Shown here piece after piece: positions 41,417-52,753 of a stretch of DNA of 64,000 nt. The stretch comes from Candidatus Poribacteria bacterium. Its GTDB lineage: Bacteria; Poribacteria; WGA-4E; WGA-3G. How positions within the stretch are numbered: position 1 is the first letter of the stretch; each line of letters opens with the position of its first letter. The position numbers and the translations under genes were made by a program. The notes beneath the pieces are model-generated. The model was not told where the DNA came from. It did no database searches and worked only from the letters and a program-made list of their open reading frames with translations. The stretch is from contig OZ251518.1 of the NCBI GenBank assembly GCA_965242965.1, positions 3,296,001 through 3,360,000 of the forward strand, given 5' to 3'.

Positions 41417-43405
41417 CTACCGATATGCCTTAAATCCCGCTTCCACGCGCCGTTTGTGATAGAGATTCAGCATATCGCCTTCCACACGTGCAGTTGCGCG
41501 CCTACCATCAGTAAAGGTTAACAGAAATTCTGTGTCGGATGCCTGCGTTATCTCCTCAGTTTTCGGCAGCGGCACCGCCTTTTGTGCTGCCCATTCTTGG
41601 AGAGTCTTGGTGAGCGCAGCAGCATTCTTCGGCACAGCATCGGCATCCTTCAACGGAATGCTGAAAGCGGTAACGTTTTTCTGGACATAAGGAAACCAGC
41701 GGGCAGTCCTGAGGAACGGCACTAATGCCTGCAACGCTTCTGCCGTGCCAATTCGGCTGAGTGCCTCAGCGGAGAAGCCGCGCACATAGGCAGACTCGCT
41801 TTGCAAAGCGGCAGCTAATACGGGAATAGCCGCGGCGGCCGCCGGCCCAATGCGTGTCAACGCCTGCGCCGCGAAGAAACCTAAATCCAAGTCTTCCCGA
41901 TTTTCAAGCACGCCTATCAACGCCGGCACCGTTTTCTCGGTTGGCACCTGAATCATGCCTAACGCCGAGATTGCATGCCGCCGCACCTCGTCGGATGCAT
42001 CGGTTAACAACCGAATGAGCGTGTCAACTGCGCCTGCGGCATCCGGTCCCATTTCGCCAAGCGCATACGCGGCAGAGGCTCGCACGTTTTCACGTTCATC
42101 TACTAAGGCGGTTTTGAGCGCGGGAACAGCCGGTGCGCCGATGGCAGCGAGGCCATGTGCAGCATCACAGATATGGAGGATTGGCTCAGCTTCAAACGCT
42201 TCTTGTTCCGCAGCGAGTGCCTCGGCAAGGGGTGCGACAGCCGGTTCGCCTATCGCGCCGAGGGCATAGAGCGCGTTGCGTCGAACAGGTTCATAAGCAT
42301 CGGCAAGCGCGTCAATGAGTGCCGGGACTGCCGCCGCTGCATCTTCACGCAGAAAACCGAGTTCATTGGCGGCCTCCATCCGAGTCGCCGCGTCACTGCT
42401 TTTTAGCGAGGCAATTAGGGTGCTTTGTCGAGACTGGGAGGGCGCGTTTATTGGAGTTAATCGAGACCGGGAGGTCTCGCCTACTGGTGTTTGTCGAGAC
42501 TGGGAGGGCTCTCCTACAGGGAGGCGCGATGTGGAAGCGCGAGCCTGTCCCGTTTCATACAAATCTGTTTTCCCATACATCCAATTCCACATGTATGTCC
42601 ACAGAATCTCGGCATCATAGGGGATGTGATTGATTTCAGGCGGTGCCCAGGTATCCGTTTCGCTGTGCCACGAAGGCGCAGTCGGCTGCTCGGTGCGCAT
42701 AAAGACGAATTTCATGCCGTATCGGTTTAGCGAGGCGTAATTCTGGAGAAACGAATGCACCATATCAAAGTGCATAATCCAGACAGTGCCGAGTTCACCC
42801 GACATCGGCACAAGGTTCCGATTGACATAATTTTCCGGCAAGCGGCGTGTGCCGCTGTGCCCTTCGACATGCTGTTCGTGCCGTTGGTGCTGCCCATCGT
42901 GCATAAATCCGCGGAGATACTGCGTGCCCGGAATGATACACGTCGGCCCTTGTTCGGCAAGGCACGGCTGCGGGTAATAGAAAAGGATTGCCCAGCGCGG
43001 TGTGCGGTGACGGGGCCGTTTGCCGCCAGCGTGTCCATCTTTGTGGAGCGGCATCATCAACCTTTCTATGCCTGCCTCGTTCGGATTAGGTTCACTGCCC
43101 GCGAAATTGGGGTGGCAGTGCCGATGCGGGTGCATCACGTAACCGGCACCTAAAATGCTGGTGAGCGCGCCGCGCACCGCCGGTGACTCCAAAACGACTT
43201 GAAGTTCCGGCACCAATGGCAAAATGTTATTGAGGGGGTTGTGCGCCCGGTCCCCCCGGAAATCCAATGCGCCCGCGAAGAGCGCATCGGTTTTGTGATA
43301 GATAGTCTCGTGAAGCCCTGTCGGCACGTCAGCGGTAACGTCCACATAGCCGTTGACGATGAAGTGGCGAATCTGTTCATCGTTTAAGAGCTGCTGTTTG
43401 TCCAT
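41417..43405 (-). CDS. PhyH-like dioxygenase domain fused to HEAT/PBS-lyase repeats
   Basis: HFIVNGYV, LHKD, GPTCIIPGTQ, DMVH; repeated VRRNALYALG / VRASAAYALG. Confidence 0.85.
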   Translation of the reverse strand: MDKQQLLNDEQIRHFIVNGYVDVTADVPTGLHETIYHKTDALFAGALDFRGDRAHNPLNNILPLVPELQVVLESPAVRGALTSILGAGYVMHPHRHCHPNFAGSEPNPNEAGIERLMMPLHKDGHAGGKRPRHRTPRWAILFYYPQPCLAEQGPTCIIPGTQYLRGFMHDGQHQRHEQHVEGHSGTRRLPENYVNRNLVPMSGELGTVWIMHFDMVHSFLQNYASLNRYGMKFVFMRTEQPTAPSWHSETDTWAPPEINHIPYDAEILWTYMWNWMYGKTDLYETGQARASTSRLPVGEPSQSRQTPVGETSRSRLTPINAPSQSRQSTLIASLKSSDAATRMEAANELGFLREDAAAAVPALIDALADAYEPVRRNALYALGAIGEPAVAPLAEALAAEQEAFEAEPILHICDAAHGLAAIGAPAVPALKTALVDERENVRASAAYALGEMGPDAAGAVDTLIRLLTDASDEVRRHAISALGMIQVPTEKTVPALIGVLENREDLDLGFFAAQALTRIGPAAAAAIPVLAAALQSESAYVRGFSAEALSRIGTAEALQALVPFLRTARWFPYVQKNVTAFSIPLKDADAVPKNAAALTKTLQEWAAQKAVPLPKTEEITQASDTEFLLTFTDGRRATARVEGDMLNLYHKRRVEAGFKAYR

Positions 43406-43469
43406 TGTTTCTCCTCTTATTCCAAAAATGACACCAATGCGTCTTGTCCTTTCTTGCCCTATTTGGGCT

Positions 43470-44054
43470 GAGAGTGTTTCATAAATCGCTCAACTTGGTA
43501 GGCTGCCCCCGGTCTCCATACATCCTTGTAGGAGAGACCTCCCGGTCTCGATTGCCCGTAGCGCGGGGGCCCTCGGATGCCAGACGCGCATCCGACCGGG
43601 TTTCCCCGCGTTGGCCATCGTCAAGCGGGGGGCGTTTTAGGTCTTTAGCACCTACATGTCTATAGAAACACGTGCAGGTCCCACGTCAAGGTCCTTTAGG
43701 TCCTTAATAAAAAAACACGCGCCGCAGCAAAACACATTAAGGACCTAAAGGACCTTAGAGCTCTTCGCGTCGCCGAGTGCTATAGACATTAAGGTCCTAC
43801 GGACCTAAGAGACGTTCTTTCCGTAGCGCGAACGATGGCGAGGGCCTGTCCCCCGCCCTACGATGAAAGGAAGGCGTTATTTTTATCGTAGCGCGGGGGC
43901 CCTCGCATGCCATACGCGCATCCGAGAGGGTTTCCCCCGCGATCGTTGGAGTGCGTGAACGATGGCGAGGGACAGGCCCTCGCACTACGATGAAGGGGGG
44001 CCTATTGCATCGAGACCGGGAGGTCTCTCCTACACGGATTTATGAAACACCCTC
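43470..44054. mobile_element. MITE-like element with a 9 bp target-site duplication
   Basis: GAGAGTGTTTCATAA ... TTATGAAACACCCTC flanked by ATTTGGGCT at 43461-43469 and 44055-44063. Confidence 0.85.
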
Positions 44055-44078
44055 ATTTGGGCTCAGGCGATTTTGAGA

Positions 44079-45602
44079 TTACAAGATATACTTGCTCAAA
44101 TCCTGGTCTTTGACGATTTCGGCGAGCTCGGCGGTGACATAAGCGGCATCGATTGTCACCGAGTCTTTCCCGAGGTCTGGCGCGTCAAAGAAAAGGTTTT
44201 CAAACAACTTCTCCATGATAGTATGGAGTCTGCGCGCGCCGATGTCCTCAACCGATTCGTTGACTTGGAAGGCGAGGGCGGCTATCTCGTCAATAGCGTC
44301 ATCGGTAATCACGGCATCGACACCCTCTGTCGCCAACAACGCGGTATACTGCTTGACGAGGGCGTTCTTCGGTTCCGTCAAGATGGATTTGAAATCGGTT
44401 CGCGTGAGGCTTTTGAGTTCCACACGAATCGGAAATCTGCCTTGCAGTTCGGGGATGAGGTCTGACGGACTGGAGACGTGGAACGCGCCTGCGGCGATGA
44501 ACAAGATATGATGCGTGCGAATCGGCCCGTATTTCGATGCGACGGTGCTGCCCTCAATAATCGGGAGGATGTCGCGTTGCACGCCTTCGCGCGAGACATC
44601 AGGGCCGTGCCGCGATTCACGCCCGGCGATTTTGTCAATCTCGTCCAAGAAGACTATCCCGGCGTTCTCCACACGTTCGATCGCCTCGCTGATGACAGTG
44701 TCCATGTCAATCAGTTTCTCTGCTTCCTCTTGCAGGAGGATCTGGCGTGCTTCCGAGACTGGCAGTCGGCGTTTCTTCGTCTGATTCGGCAGGATGCTAC
44801 TGAACATGTCCTTGAAGTTAATGTCCATCTCCTCGATGCCGCCGGGGGAGAAGATTTCGACGAACGGGACGCTGCGCGGTTTGACGTTCACCTCTACCGG
44901 TTTATCCTCCAGTTTGCCATCGCGGAGCCATTTTTTGAACATTTCGCGCGTCTTATAGTAGCGTTCGCGCCGGGCATCAAGATTGTCCGGGTCTGGCAGC
45001 TCATCCCCAACATTAGGACCGTCGGAGGGACTGTCAAGAGTCACCTGCGTGTCCTCTTCATCTTCGTCCTCTTCGGCAAGTGCAATCTCGTCATCCTCAT
45101 CATTCTCAAAAATATCGAGGAGCCGCTGGTCTGCCTCTTGCTGTTGCCGCCGCAGGGAGCGCGGCATCGGGATAAGCGCGTCTAACAGCCGTTCTTCGAC
45201 GAAGTCGCGCGCCTTCTCTTCAACCGCCACAGTCTGCTCCGCCTTAACGCGGGCGATGGCGATTTCCGTCAAATCACGAATCATCGACTCAACATCGCGG
45301 CCAACGTAACCGATTTCGGTATACTTGGATGCCTCTACCTTGATAAAGGGCGCGTCAACGAGGCGCGCGAGTCGGCGCGCAATCTCGGTTTTCCCTACCC
45401 CTGTCGAGCCAATCATGATGATATTCTTCGGGGCGACTTCGTCCTGAATATCTTCGGCGAGCATCTGCCGACGCGCGCGGTTGCGCAACGCAATGGCAAC
45501 GGCGCGCTTGGCATCGAATTGCCCAATAATGTAGGTGTCAAGCTCCTCAACAATCTGCCGTGGCGTGAGTGCATCGGCTAAGGTTTTGTTTTCTTTCGTC
45601 AA
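44079..45602 (-). CDS. hslU: ATP-dependent protease ATPase subunit HslU
   Basis: [64 protein letters not shown]. Confidence 0.97.
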   Translation of the reverse strand: MTKENKTLADALTPRQIVEELDTYIIGQFDAKRAVAIALRNRARRQMLAEDIQDEVAPKNIIMIGSTGVGKTEIARRLARLVDAPFIKVEASKYTEIGYVGRDVESMIRDLTEIAIARVKAEQTVAVEEKARDFVEERLLDALIPMPRSLRRQQQEADQRLLDIFENDEDDEIALAEEDEDEEDTQVTLDSPSDGPNVGDELPDPDNLDARRERYYKTREMFKKWLRDGKLEDKPVEVNVKPRSVPFVEIFSPGGIEEMDINFKDMFSSILPNQTKKRRLPVSEARQILLQEEAEKLIDMDTVISEAIERVENAGIVFLDEIDKIAGRESRHGPDVSREGVQRDILPIIEGSTVASKYGPIRTHHILFIAAGAFHVSSPSDLIPELQGRFPIRVELKSLTRTDFKSILTEPKNALVKQYTALLATEGVDAVITDDAIDEIAALAFQVNESVEDIGARRLHTIMEKLFENLFFDAPDLGKDSVTIDAAYVTAELAEIVKDQDLSKYIL

Positions 45603-45627
45603 TTTCGGTTTCTCCTACAAGGTAAAT

Positions 45628-45885
45628 GAGGGTGTTTCATAAATCGCTCAACATCGCGGGGGACAGCCCCCGCGCTCCGATGAAAAAAACGATTTCCCTT
45701 CACGTAGGGCTTGGACCCTCGCCTGCCACACGCGCATCCGAGCGGGTTTCCCTCGCCATGCGTTTTGCTGTCAGACCGCATCCCCCCTGTAGGTCAGGAG
45801 CGCCTGCTCCTGACCCGTTCGGGAGCGGGCGCTCCCGAACTACAGAGATAGGCCCGATGCCTCTCGGTATTTATGAAACACCCTC
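45628..45885. mobile_element. MITE-like element between hslV and hslU
   Basis: GAGGGTGTTTCATAA ... TTATGAAACACCCTC. Confidence 0.8.
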
Positions 45886-45984
45886 AGTAAAACCCAATGT
45901 CTTGCCTGTCTCGGGGTCTTGCCGATATCGGGACGCGGAAACCTTCCGACTGGCATGTCAAGACCGGGCGGGTTCTCCTAGGGG

Positions 45985-46518
45985 TTATGCAGTCAGCGTT
46001 TCAACGTCAATGCAAGAATTCGTATAAACGCAAATCTCACCGGTAATCTTCAGTGCTTCGGTGACAATCTCGCTAGCGGACAATTGGGAGTGCGCGTGCA
46101 GGGCACGAGCGGCGGCTAATGCGCTGGCACTCCCCGAGCCGATGGCGAGGATGTCGTCATCGGGACTGATGACATCGCCGTTGCCGGAGATGAGATAGCC
46201 GCCTTCGGCATTAACAGCGATGAGCACTGCATCCACGCGCCTGAGCACCCGGTCGGTGCGCCACTCCCTTGCAAGTTCAACGGCGGCTCTTTGCAGATTC
46301 CCGCGGTATCGTTCAAGGTTCTTCTCCAACATCTCGTAGAGCGTGAGGGCATCCGAGGCGGCACCGGCGAATCCGATAAGCACCTGGTCATCGTGAATTC
46401 TTCGGATCTTGCGGGCACGATGCTTGATAGCCATGTCACCGAGTGTCACCTGGCCATCGCCGCCGATGGCGACGGTGCCGTCGCGGCGGACAGCTAAAAT
46501 GGTTGTTGAACGTATCAT
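45985..46518 (-). CDS. hslV: ATP-dependent protease subunit HslV
   Basis: STTILAVRR, GDGQVTLG, GFAGA, AIGSG, ICVYTN; start ATG 46518 after AGGAG. Confidence 0.96.
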   Translation of the reverse strand: MIRSTTILAVRRDGTVAIGGDGQVTLGDMAIKHRARKIRRIHDDQVLIGFAGAASDALTLYEMLEKNLERYRGNLQRAAVELAREWRTDRVLRRVDAVLIAVNAEGGYLISGNGDVISPDDDILAIGSGSASALAAARALHAHSQLSASEIVTEALKITGEICVYTNSCIDVETLTA

Positions 46519-46769
46519 TTTTTCTCCTGCTGGCCCGTAGGGCGAGGGCCTGTCCCTCGCCATGTCAAACGCGCACGGAGGGCCTGTCCCTATAACTTCT
46601 GCTTGTCAAGACGAATCGAGACCGGGAGGTCTCTCCTACCGGGCGAGAGCCTGTCCCTATAACTCCTGCTGGTTCGTAGGGCGAGGGCCTGTCCCTCGCC
46701 ATCGTTCACGCACCAGGCTGACCGGTAGGCTCATTTGGCCCGTAGGGCGAGGGCCTGTCCCTCGCCATG

Positions 46770-47414
46770 TCAGAGATAAAAAATTAAAAACGTGAAAAAC
46801 TGCAAGGCACCCATAAAGATGCCGCACCGTATCCCGGCGATGACCGGGGGTTGCTCCCGATGAAAGTAATACGGGCACAACAGGAACGTGAGCAGAAACG
46901 CGAGCGGCACGAAGAGCGGTACCGATGCAACCTGCGGGAAACTGTCAACGCGCAGCGCGTTCCATACCCACAACCGCGAGTCCCCGAGCGCATAGATGAC
47001 AAAACTCCCAAGCCCCGCTAGACATCCCGTGACAGCAGCGGCGAAGAGACGGCGGGGCCAGAGCCTGAGACTCCGTTCGTAACAGTAAGCCATCAAGGCG
47101 GCAAAAATTACCCATGTGAACACCAGCGCGACCGGCACGCCTAAACGCGCAAATTCGGCATCAAGGTAAAAGATGAGACGCGCCTTCCTCGAAAACAGCC
47201 AGTCTATCGGTAAATAGACAACGATGGCGGCGGCACCAAAGAGGATACCCCTTGTGAGTTCCTCGCGCTGTCTCAGCCAATACCCAAACCAGCCGATGGT
47301 GAACACAAGGTTTGGATAAAGCGTCCACACTGAACCGAACTGGTTTACCATAATAAACGTCATTAATGTCGTAGCGGATACAATAATGACAGCGGTGTCT
47401 GTTGCAATGCGCAC
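46770..47414 (-). CDS. Hypothetical integral membrane protein
   Basis: Several TM segments; co-oriented between the ArsA-family gene and hslV. Confidence 0.65.
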   Translation of the reverse strand: MRIATDTAVIIVSATTLMTFIMVNQFGSVWTLYPNLVFTIGWFGYWLRQREELTRGILFGAAAIVVYLPIDWLFSRKARLIFYLDAEFARLGVPVALVFTWVIFAALMAYCYERSLRLWPRRLFAAAVTGCLAGLGSFVIYALGDSRLWVWNALRVDSFPQVASVPLFVPLAFLLTFLLCPYYFHREQPPVIAGIRCGIFMGALQFFTFLIFYL

Positions 47415-47451
47415 AAATGAACTCCCGGTTTCAAACCGCGCCTACCGGATG

Positions 47452-48639
47452 CTAAGCCGTTTCAAACGTAATCACGAGTTGTTCGCCGCTCAGTTTCGCC
47501 CCGGTCGTCCGCCTATTGGCGAGGCTTCGCGGCAAAGCGACATGCCGCTTAAAGCCGCCGATGGTGACGATTAATTCGTCGCCGTGCTTGGTGAGTTCGA
47601 TATCCTTCTTCGTTAGAAACGGGAGCCGCATCGTCAACTGATAGATGCCGTTCCGCTCCTGAAATTGATAGGGCCGCCGTTCGGAAAACCGTTCCGCCGG
47701 ATTGATGTCCGCATAGAGTGAATCGGCGAGTTGCTGCAACCCGGCTTTCCCGATGATTTCGTCGGAGAAGAGGTTCACCTTCCATATCGGCACATCCGAG
47801 AAATAGTGGGATGCCTCCTGAATGTAGTGCCGCTGCGTCTGCTTCCAGAGCTCAAAATAGTCGGCATCCACGCCTTCCGGGAAAATGCGGTTGATAATAA
47901 CAGCATCGATGCAAAGCCCATACAGGCAAAAATACATGAAGGCGCGCTGTGTTTCCTTGATGACAATCTTCTCCGGATTCGTTACCAACCGCACCGTCGT
48001 GATTTTCGGATCCGTGAGCACGCCATCAATACCCTCCAATTTATCAAAAAGATCTTGGATATTTTGGAAGTAGGTATCGCGCGGGAGCGGCACGTTGCTG
48101 ACGCGTTCAATTACCGGGCCCGCGACCTTCGCCAAACTCCGCTCTAGCTTAAAGATGCGGTTCATATACCACTCCAGCGTCGTCGGAATGCTGACGAACC
48201 GCAGCGATTCGCCGGTGGGCGCGCAATCCAAGATGATGACATCGTAAGTCTTCTCGCGCACGTACTGGTTGATATAGAGGAGCGCGCAGATTTCTTCCAT
48301 CCCCGGAAATACCGCAATCTCCTCGGCGACAAGCGTCTCTAACCCAGAGCGATTGAGCAACGAACGGATGTAGTTGTAAACCTCGTCCCAATACTCGGCA
48401 ATCGCTTCCTGAATGTTAATCTCTTGTATCCAGAGGTTCTCGCCGACCGGAATCTGTTTTTCGGTTTGGATGAGCGTTTCGGCAGCTGCGTCGCTATCAA
48501 ACGCATCTCGCAATGAATGCGCTACATCCAGCGAGATGACAATCGTCCGGTAGCCGAGCTGCGCGAGTTTCATGCCGGTTGCGGCGGCGATGGTAGTTTT
48601 CCCGACACCACCTTTGCCGGTGTAAAAAATAATTCGCAT
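47452..48639 (-). CDS. ArsA/GET3 family ATPase with C-terminal HSP20-like domain
   Basis: TGKGGVGKTT, DVAHSL, PGMEE, LDCAPTG, GDELIVTIGGFKRHVALP. Confidence 0.92.
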   Translation of the reverse strand: MRIIFYTGKGGVGKTTIAAATGMKLAQLGYRTIVISLDVAHSLRDAFDSDAAAETLIQTEKQIPVGENLWIQEINIQEAIAEYWDEVYNYIRSLLNRSGLETLVAEEIAVFPGMEEICALLYINQYVREKTYDVIILDCAPTGESLRFVSIPTTLEWYMNRIFKLERSLAKVAGPVIERVSNVPLPRDTYFQNIQDLFDKLEGIDGVLTDPKITTVRLVTNPEKIVIKETQRAFMYFCLYGLCIDAVIINRIFPEGVDADYFELWKQTQRHYIQEASHYFSDVPIWKVNLFSDEIIGKAGLQQLADSLYADINPAERFSERRPYQFQERNGIYQLTMRLPFLTKKDIELTKHGDELIVTIGGFKRHVALPRSLANRRTTGAKLSGEQLVITFETA

Positions 48640-48793
48640 CGTTTAAAATCCAAAGGCGTTACGCAAAGTTCATCATGCGTTTCCGCAGTTTATGTTAATC
48701 TAATTTTATTGATGTTGGTATATCTTATTTAAAGTATACCACAAAACTTTTTGATTTGCAAGGGGGATATCGAAAAAAAAATAGGTAACAGAT

Positions 48794-49740
48794 GAGGGTG
48801 TTTCATAAATAGTTCAACGTCGCGGTGACAGGCCCCCGCGCTACGATGAAAAAACGCCGCCCCTTCACGGAGGGCTTGGGCCCTCGCATGCCACACGCGC
48901 AGGCGAGGTTTCCCGCGCCAGCACTCGCGTCATCCAACGCTCGCGGGGGACAGGCCCCCGCGCTACGAAAAAAAACGCCCTTTTCACCGTAGGGCGAGGG
49001 CCTGTCCCTCGCCATCGTTCTCGCGCCAGGCCCTGTAGGGCAAGATCGCCTGAAGCTCTGGCAGACTTGCCAAGCGATCCCGAACCGTTTGTAATCAGGC
49101 GATCAAAACTGCAGAGGGGAACACACATCGTGACGATGGAGCTCGCGGGGGACAGGCCCACGCGCTACGAAAAAAACGCCACCCCCGCACCGTAGGGCGA
49201 GGGCCTGTCCCTCGCCATCGCTCGCGTCAGCCAACGCTCGCGGGGGACAGGCCCACGCGCTACGATGAAAAAAACGCCGCCCCTTCACGTAGGGCGAGGG
49301 ACAGGCCCTCGCCATCGTTCTCGCGCCAGACCCTGTAGTTCGGGATCGCCGGATCCCGAACCGTTTGTAATCAGGCGAGCACAAACTACAACGGGTGAAC
49401 ATACATCGTGACGATGGAAATCGCGGGGGACAGGCCCACGCGCTACGAAAAAAAACGCCACCCCCTTCACGTAGGGCGAGGGCCTGTCCCTCGCCATCGT
49501 TCACGCGCCAGCCCCTGTAGGGCAGGATCGCCGGATCCTGACCCGTTCGGGAGCGGGCGCTCCCGAACTACAAAGTGGGCCCAATGCCCTCCGGTAGAAG
49601 AGACATCACTTGCATCGAGACCGGGACGGCGCGCCGACAGGAAAAAATCGAGACCGGGAGGGCTCGCCTACCAAGAGGGCTCGGTATTCGCCCGCTCTCA
49701 AAGGGGCGATAAATACCGAAACGAAGTTATGAAACACCCC
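48794..49740. mobile_element. Large MITE-like element with internally duplicated REP cargo
   Basis: GAGGGTGTTTCATAA ... TTATGAAACACCCC, about 950 bp. Confidence 0.8.
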
Positions 49741-50085
49741 TATCCTTAACTGCTGCGCCGCCTGTGGTGTCGCCTGCCTCCGTTTCCACAAGAAAAGCAC
49801 ACCGAGAACAGCGAGAGGCAAAACAAAAGGGGTGCTCTTTAGGGACAGAGCGAAGAGGTAAAAGAGCCACCCCGGGTCATAGACAACTTTGCCGAGGAAA
49901 AAGTGTTCCACCTCATGCGCCGTTGTAACGGCCCACTCAATCCCCGAAAAACTCTGCCACACTGCGTGCAGGGCAAAAAAGCACGCGACACCCAGTACGA
50001 CAGACGAGGAAACTGTCAGCACTAGCTGCCGCCGCGGCTTCGCGAATAGAAAAAGGTTTTCAGCAGTCCGATTGCCGGCTTGATT
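49741..50085 (-). pseudogene. Fragment of a membrane glycosyltransferase-like (GT39/ArnT-type) gene
   Basis: HFFLGKVVYDPGWLFYLFALSLKSTP segment; no clear start; runs into the MITE end. Confidence 0.45.
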
Positions 50086-50091
50086 CGGCTC

Positions 50092-50841
50092 TTACTCTCC
50101 GACTTTAACGTCAAAGCGGATGCCGCCTTGTTCGCCGTATTCTTCCAATGTCTTAAGCTCCCGCAGGAATTCAAGTTGAAGTGCAATCACATCACGACTT
50201 ACCTTCTGGTTCTCAGGCATGATTCTTGAAAATGCCTCCGCCATCTGAATTGCATCATCCAGCGTCAGAGTTTCCTCGTTTGCACGCTTGATATTTTCAA
50301 CAATCGTATCAACTCCGGGAAAATCCCCATACATCTCTCGCAAGCCATCAGCAAGTCGCGCGTAAGCATACTCGGGATGAGTGTGTAGGAAATCGTTGTA
50401 ATCTCGGCCGGCTGCTTTTGCCTGGACCCAGTCGATTCCTTCAACAGGCGCGTCTGTCCATTCTTCAGGAAATTCCACCTTAGAAAGCGACAACGCGTCT
50501 GAGTCAGAGTCAAGTGCAGGTAACTCTGTTTCGGTGAGCAGCACAGCAGGCGTTTCCCTCTCGGGGGCATCAACCTCTAGCACCTGGCTCTCAAAACGCT
50601 CAACGGACACCGTTGTCCGCGGCGTTGTATAGCCGGGGCGTTCATCTGTCATCACCTCTCTGGGGAACACATCCGCCGGATCGGCTACAGTTTCGGGAGG
50701 TGTTTCTAACTTAGGCGGTTCGCCAAGTGAGTCCTCAAAGCGTTTCAAATCCCACTGCGCGTAGATAAGAAATCCTGCACAGATGATGACAGTCAAAATT
50801 AACGCACCACCAATCACTTGGAGGTTATATTGCATTTTCAT
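50092..50841 (-). CDS. Hypothetical membrane-anchored protein
   Basis: AAGGAG RBS, N-terminal TM segment, acidic. Confidence 0.7.
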   Translation of the reverse strand: MKMQYNLQVIGGALILTVIICAGFLIYAQWDLKRFEDSLGEPPKLETPPETVADPADVFPREVMTDERPGYTTPRTTVSVERFESQVLEVDAPERETPAVLLTETELPALDSDSDALSLSKVEFPEEWTDAPVEGIDWVQAKAAGRDYNDFLHTHPEYAYARLADGLREMYGDFPGVDTIVENIKRANEETLTLDDAIQMAEAFSRIMPENQKVSRDVIALQLEFLRELKTLEEYGEQGGIRFDVKVGE

Positions 50842-50934
50842 AACTATTCTCCTTTCATGCCAGGACGTAAGCAGAATTAAATGTGAAATTTCCTCACAGC
50901 GAGGGCACGAGGAACGATGAAATTTACGTCAACC

Positions 50935-51591
50935 CTATTCTAGGATAAGGGTGAATTTCATTTCAAACGTTTCTGGCGTTTCCCCCTGGAGTTTACACAT
51001 TTTGGCCATCACTTCATACTGCTTCAGGGTCCTGCGGGCATTTCGGATGAGCTCGGCATGTTTTTCAGGCTCTTTATCCATCAGCATCTGAAGCCCTAGT
51101 TCAGTGAGCCGAATATGGTCTGATAGAGGCCCTTTCCCATCACGAACAAGACGAAAATAGAGAGCGGACCACGCCTCAACAAAAGCGTGTTCTCCGTATG
51201 TGAGTTTGGCAAATTTTGAGAGTGCTTCCTTGGCTGCATCCGGATTCGACAAGACGAGTTTCTTAAACACCCTCAAACTCTCCATTGCCTCTCCCTTATC
51301 CTGCCGTAGAGACTCGCGGTAATCTGCCAATGCCTTCGCTTCCGTTTCCGTCGGCTGGAGTTCATTATGCTCCTTCAGCAGTTTCGCTGCCTCGCCGATA
51401 GCCTCCTCAGCATGGAGATGATTTTCGCCACCAATAGAAGCGTGGTTCTTGGATTGGCCGGGGGGCGCGGCAACGGTAGAAGCACGCTCATGCGTCTGCA
51501 GGCTACTTTTTTCAGATTCACCGGACGGTTTTGAGAAAAAGCATCCGTTAATCAACAGAAGGAAAACAAGGCTAACGATCAGAAATCGCAT
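50935..51591 (-). CDS. Hypothetical lipoprotein
   Basis: AAGGAG RBS, ING-C lipobox. Confidence 0.7.
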   Translation of the reverse strand: MRFLIVSLVFLLLINGCFFSKPSGESEKSSLQTHERASTVAAPPGQSKNHASIGGENHLHAEEAIGEAAKLLKEHNELQPTETEAKALADYRESLRQDKGEAMESLRVFKKLVLSNPDAAKEALSKFAKLTYGEHAFVEAWSALYFRLVRDGKGPLSDHIRLTELGLQMLMDKEPEKHAELIRNARRTLKQYEVMAKMCKLQGETPETFEMKFTLILE

Positions 51592-51845
51592 CGTTTCTCC
51601 TTTATAGGACCCATCTCATAGATGAATTTCACGTTCCCCGTGGTGCGAGGACTGATGCTCTTGCACTACGGGGTATTTATGAGATAGGTTGGTTGTAGCT
51701 AGATTACGTTCAAACCGCTGAGGACAAATTCATCTGGTGTTAAACAGGCGGCAGATAAACTATTCAGTTTTGCGCCGATAGAAACTCTGCCCCACAGCGA
51801 CTCAATAGTAGCACTCAGCATCACCGATAGATGAACTAGTTAACT

Positions 51846-52376
51846 GAGGGTGTTTCATAACTCCGTTTCGGTATTTATCCCGCTTGGGGGCGGGCGAATA
51901 CCGCGTCCTCTTGGTAGGAGAGCCCTCCCGGTCTTGATGCAACGCTATAAACCTTATTAAGGTCCTACGGACCTTGATAGGTGCTGCACGTTTTTCTATA
52001 GACATTCAGGTCCTACGGACCTAAAAGAGCGGTTTGATAGACCGCAGCATGGCGAGGGACAGGCCCTCGCCCTACGATGAAGGGGGCCGTTCTGCTGCCA
52101 AGAAACCGTCCGGTTACCGTAGCGCGGGGGCCTGTCCCCCGCGAGTGAAAAAACCGTCCGGTTACCGTAGCGCGGGGGCCTGTCCCCCGCGAGCGTCCCG
52201 GTAGGAGAGACCTCCCGGCCTCGATTCCTCCGCGAACGGCCGATGGCGAACCGTAGGAGAGTCAGACTCCTCACCTCTGTAGGTCAGGATCGTCTGAAGC
52301 TCTGGCACATTTGCCAAGCGATTCTGACCCGTTCGGGAGCGGGTGCTCCCGAACTACAGAGTTATGAAACACCCTC
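51846..52376. mobile_element. MITE-like element with an imperfect 8 bp target-site duplication
   Basis: Inverted ends flanked by AGTTAACT / AGCTAACT. Confidence 0.8.
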
Positions 52377-52657
52377 AGCTAACTTCTAATGTGAGGTTAG
52401 GTGCCAATGAATTTCAAGATGGCAGCCGGTCAATCAGATACCATCTGCACAATTTCTTACCATATTATACCACATAAAAACCCTTTGTCAAATTAATTCG
52501 ACCTAATTTTTCGGATAAAAATGCATTTTTGGGGAGAATCCGGTCTTTTTTTGCAAAAAGATGGCAGTTGCCTTCAATATTTCAGCGAGAGACACGGGAG
52601 GCAGTCCTAATGTTTCCTCGCCAATAAACCGCACTGCTGAAAAAAATCACAAAAAAT

Positions 52658-52686
52658 TTGACAAACGCAATTTTTTGTGGTATAAT
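52658..52686 (+). promoter_or_regulatory. Sigma70 promoter of rplM-rpsI
   Basis: TTGACA-N17-TATAAT. Confidence 0.8.
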
Positions 52687-52753
52687 ACTATACAGAATTC
52701 TGTTGGCATGGGAATTCGCGAACGTATCCCTGCCACAAAAATGGACGTTCAAC

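Noticed and set aside
47452-48639. Arsenic resistance operon
   Set aside because: Single-domain ArsA/GET3-like ATPase with an HSP20-like tail; no arsB, acr3, arsC, arsD or arsR nearby.
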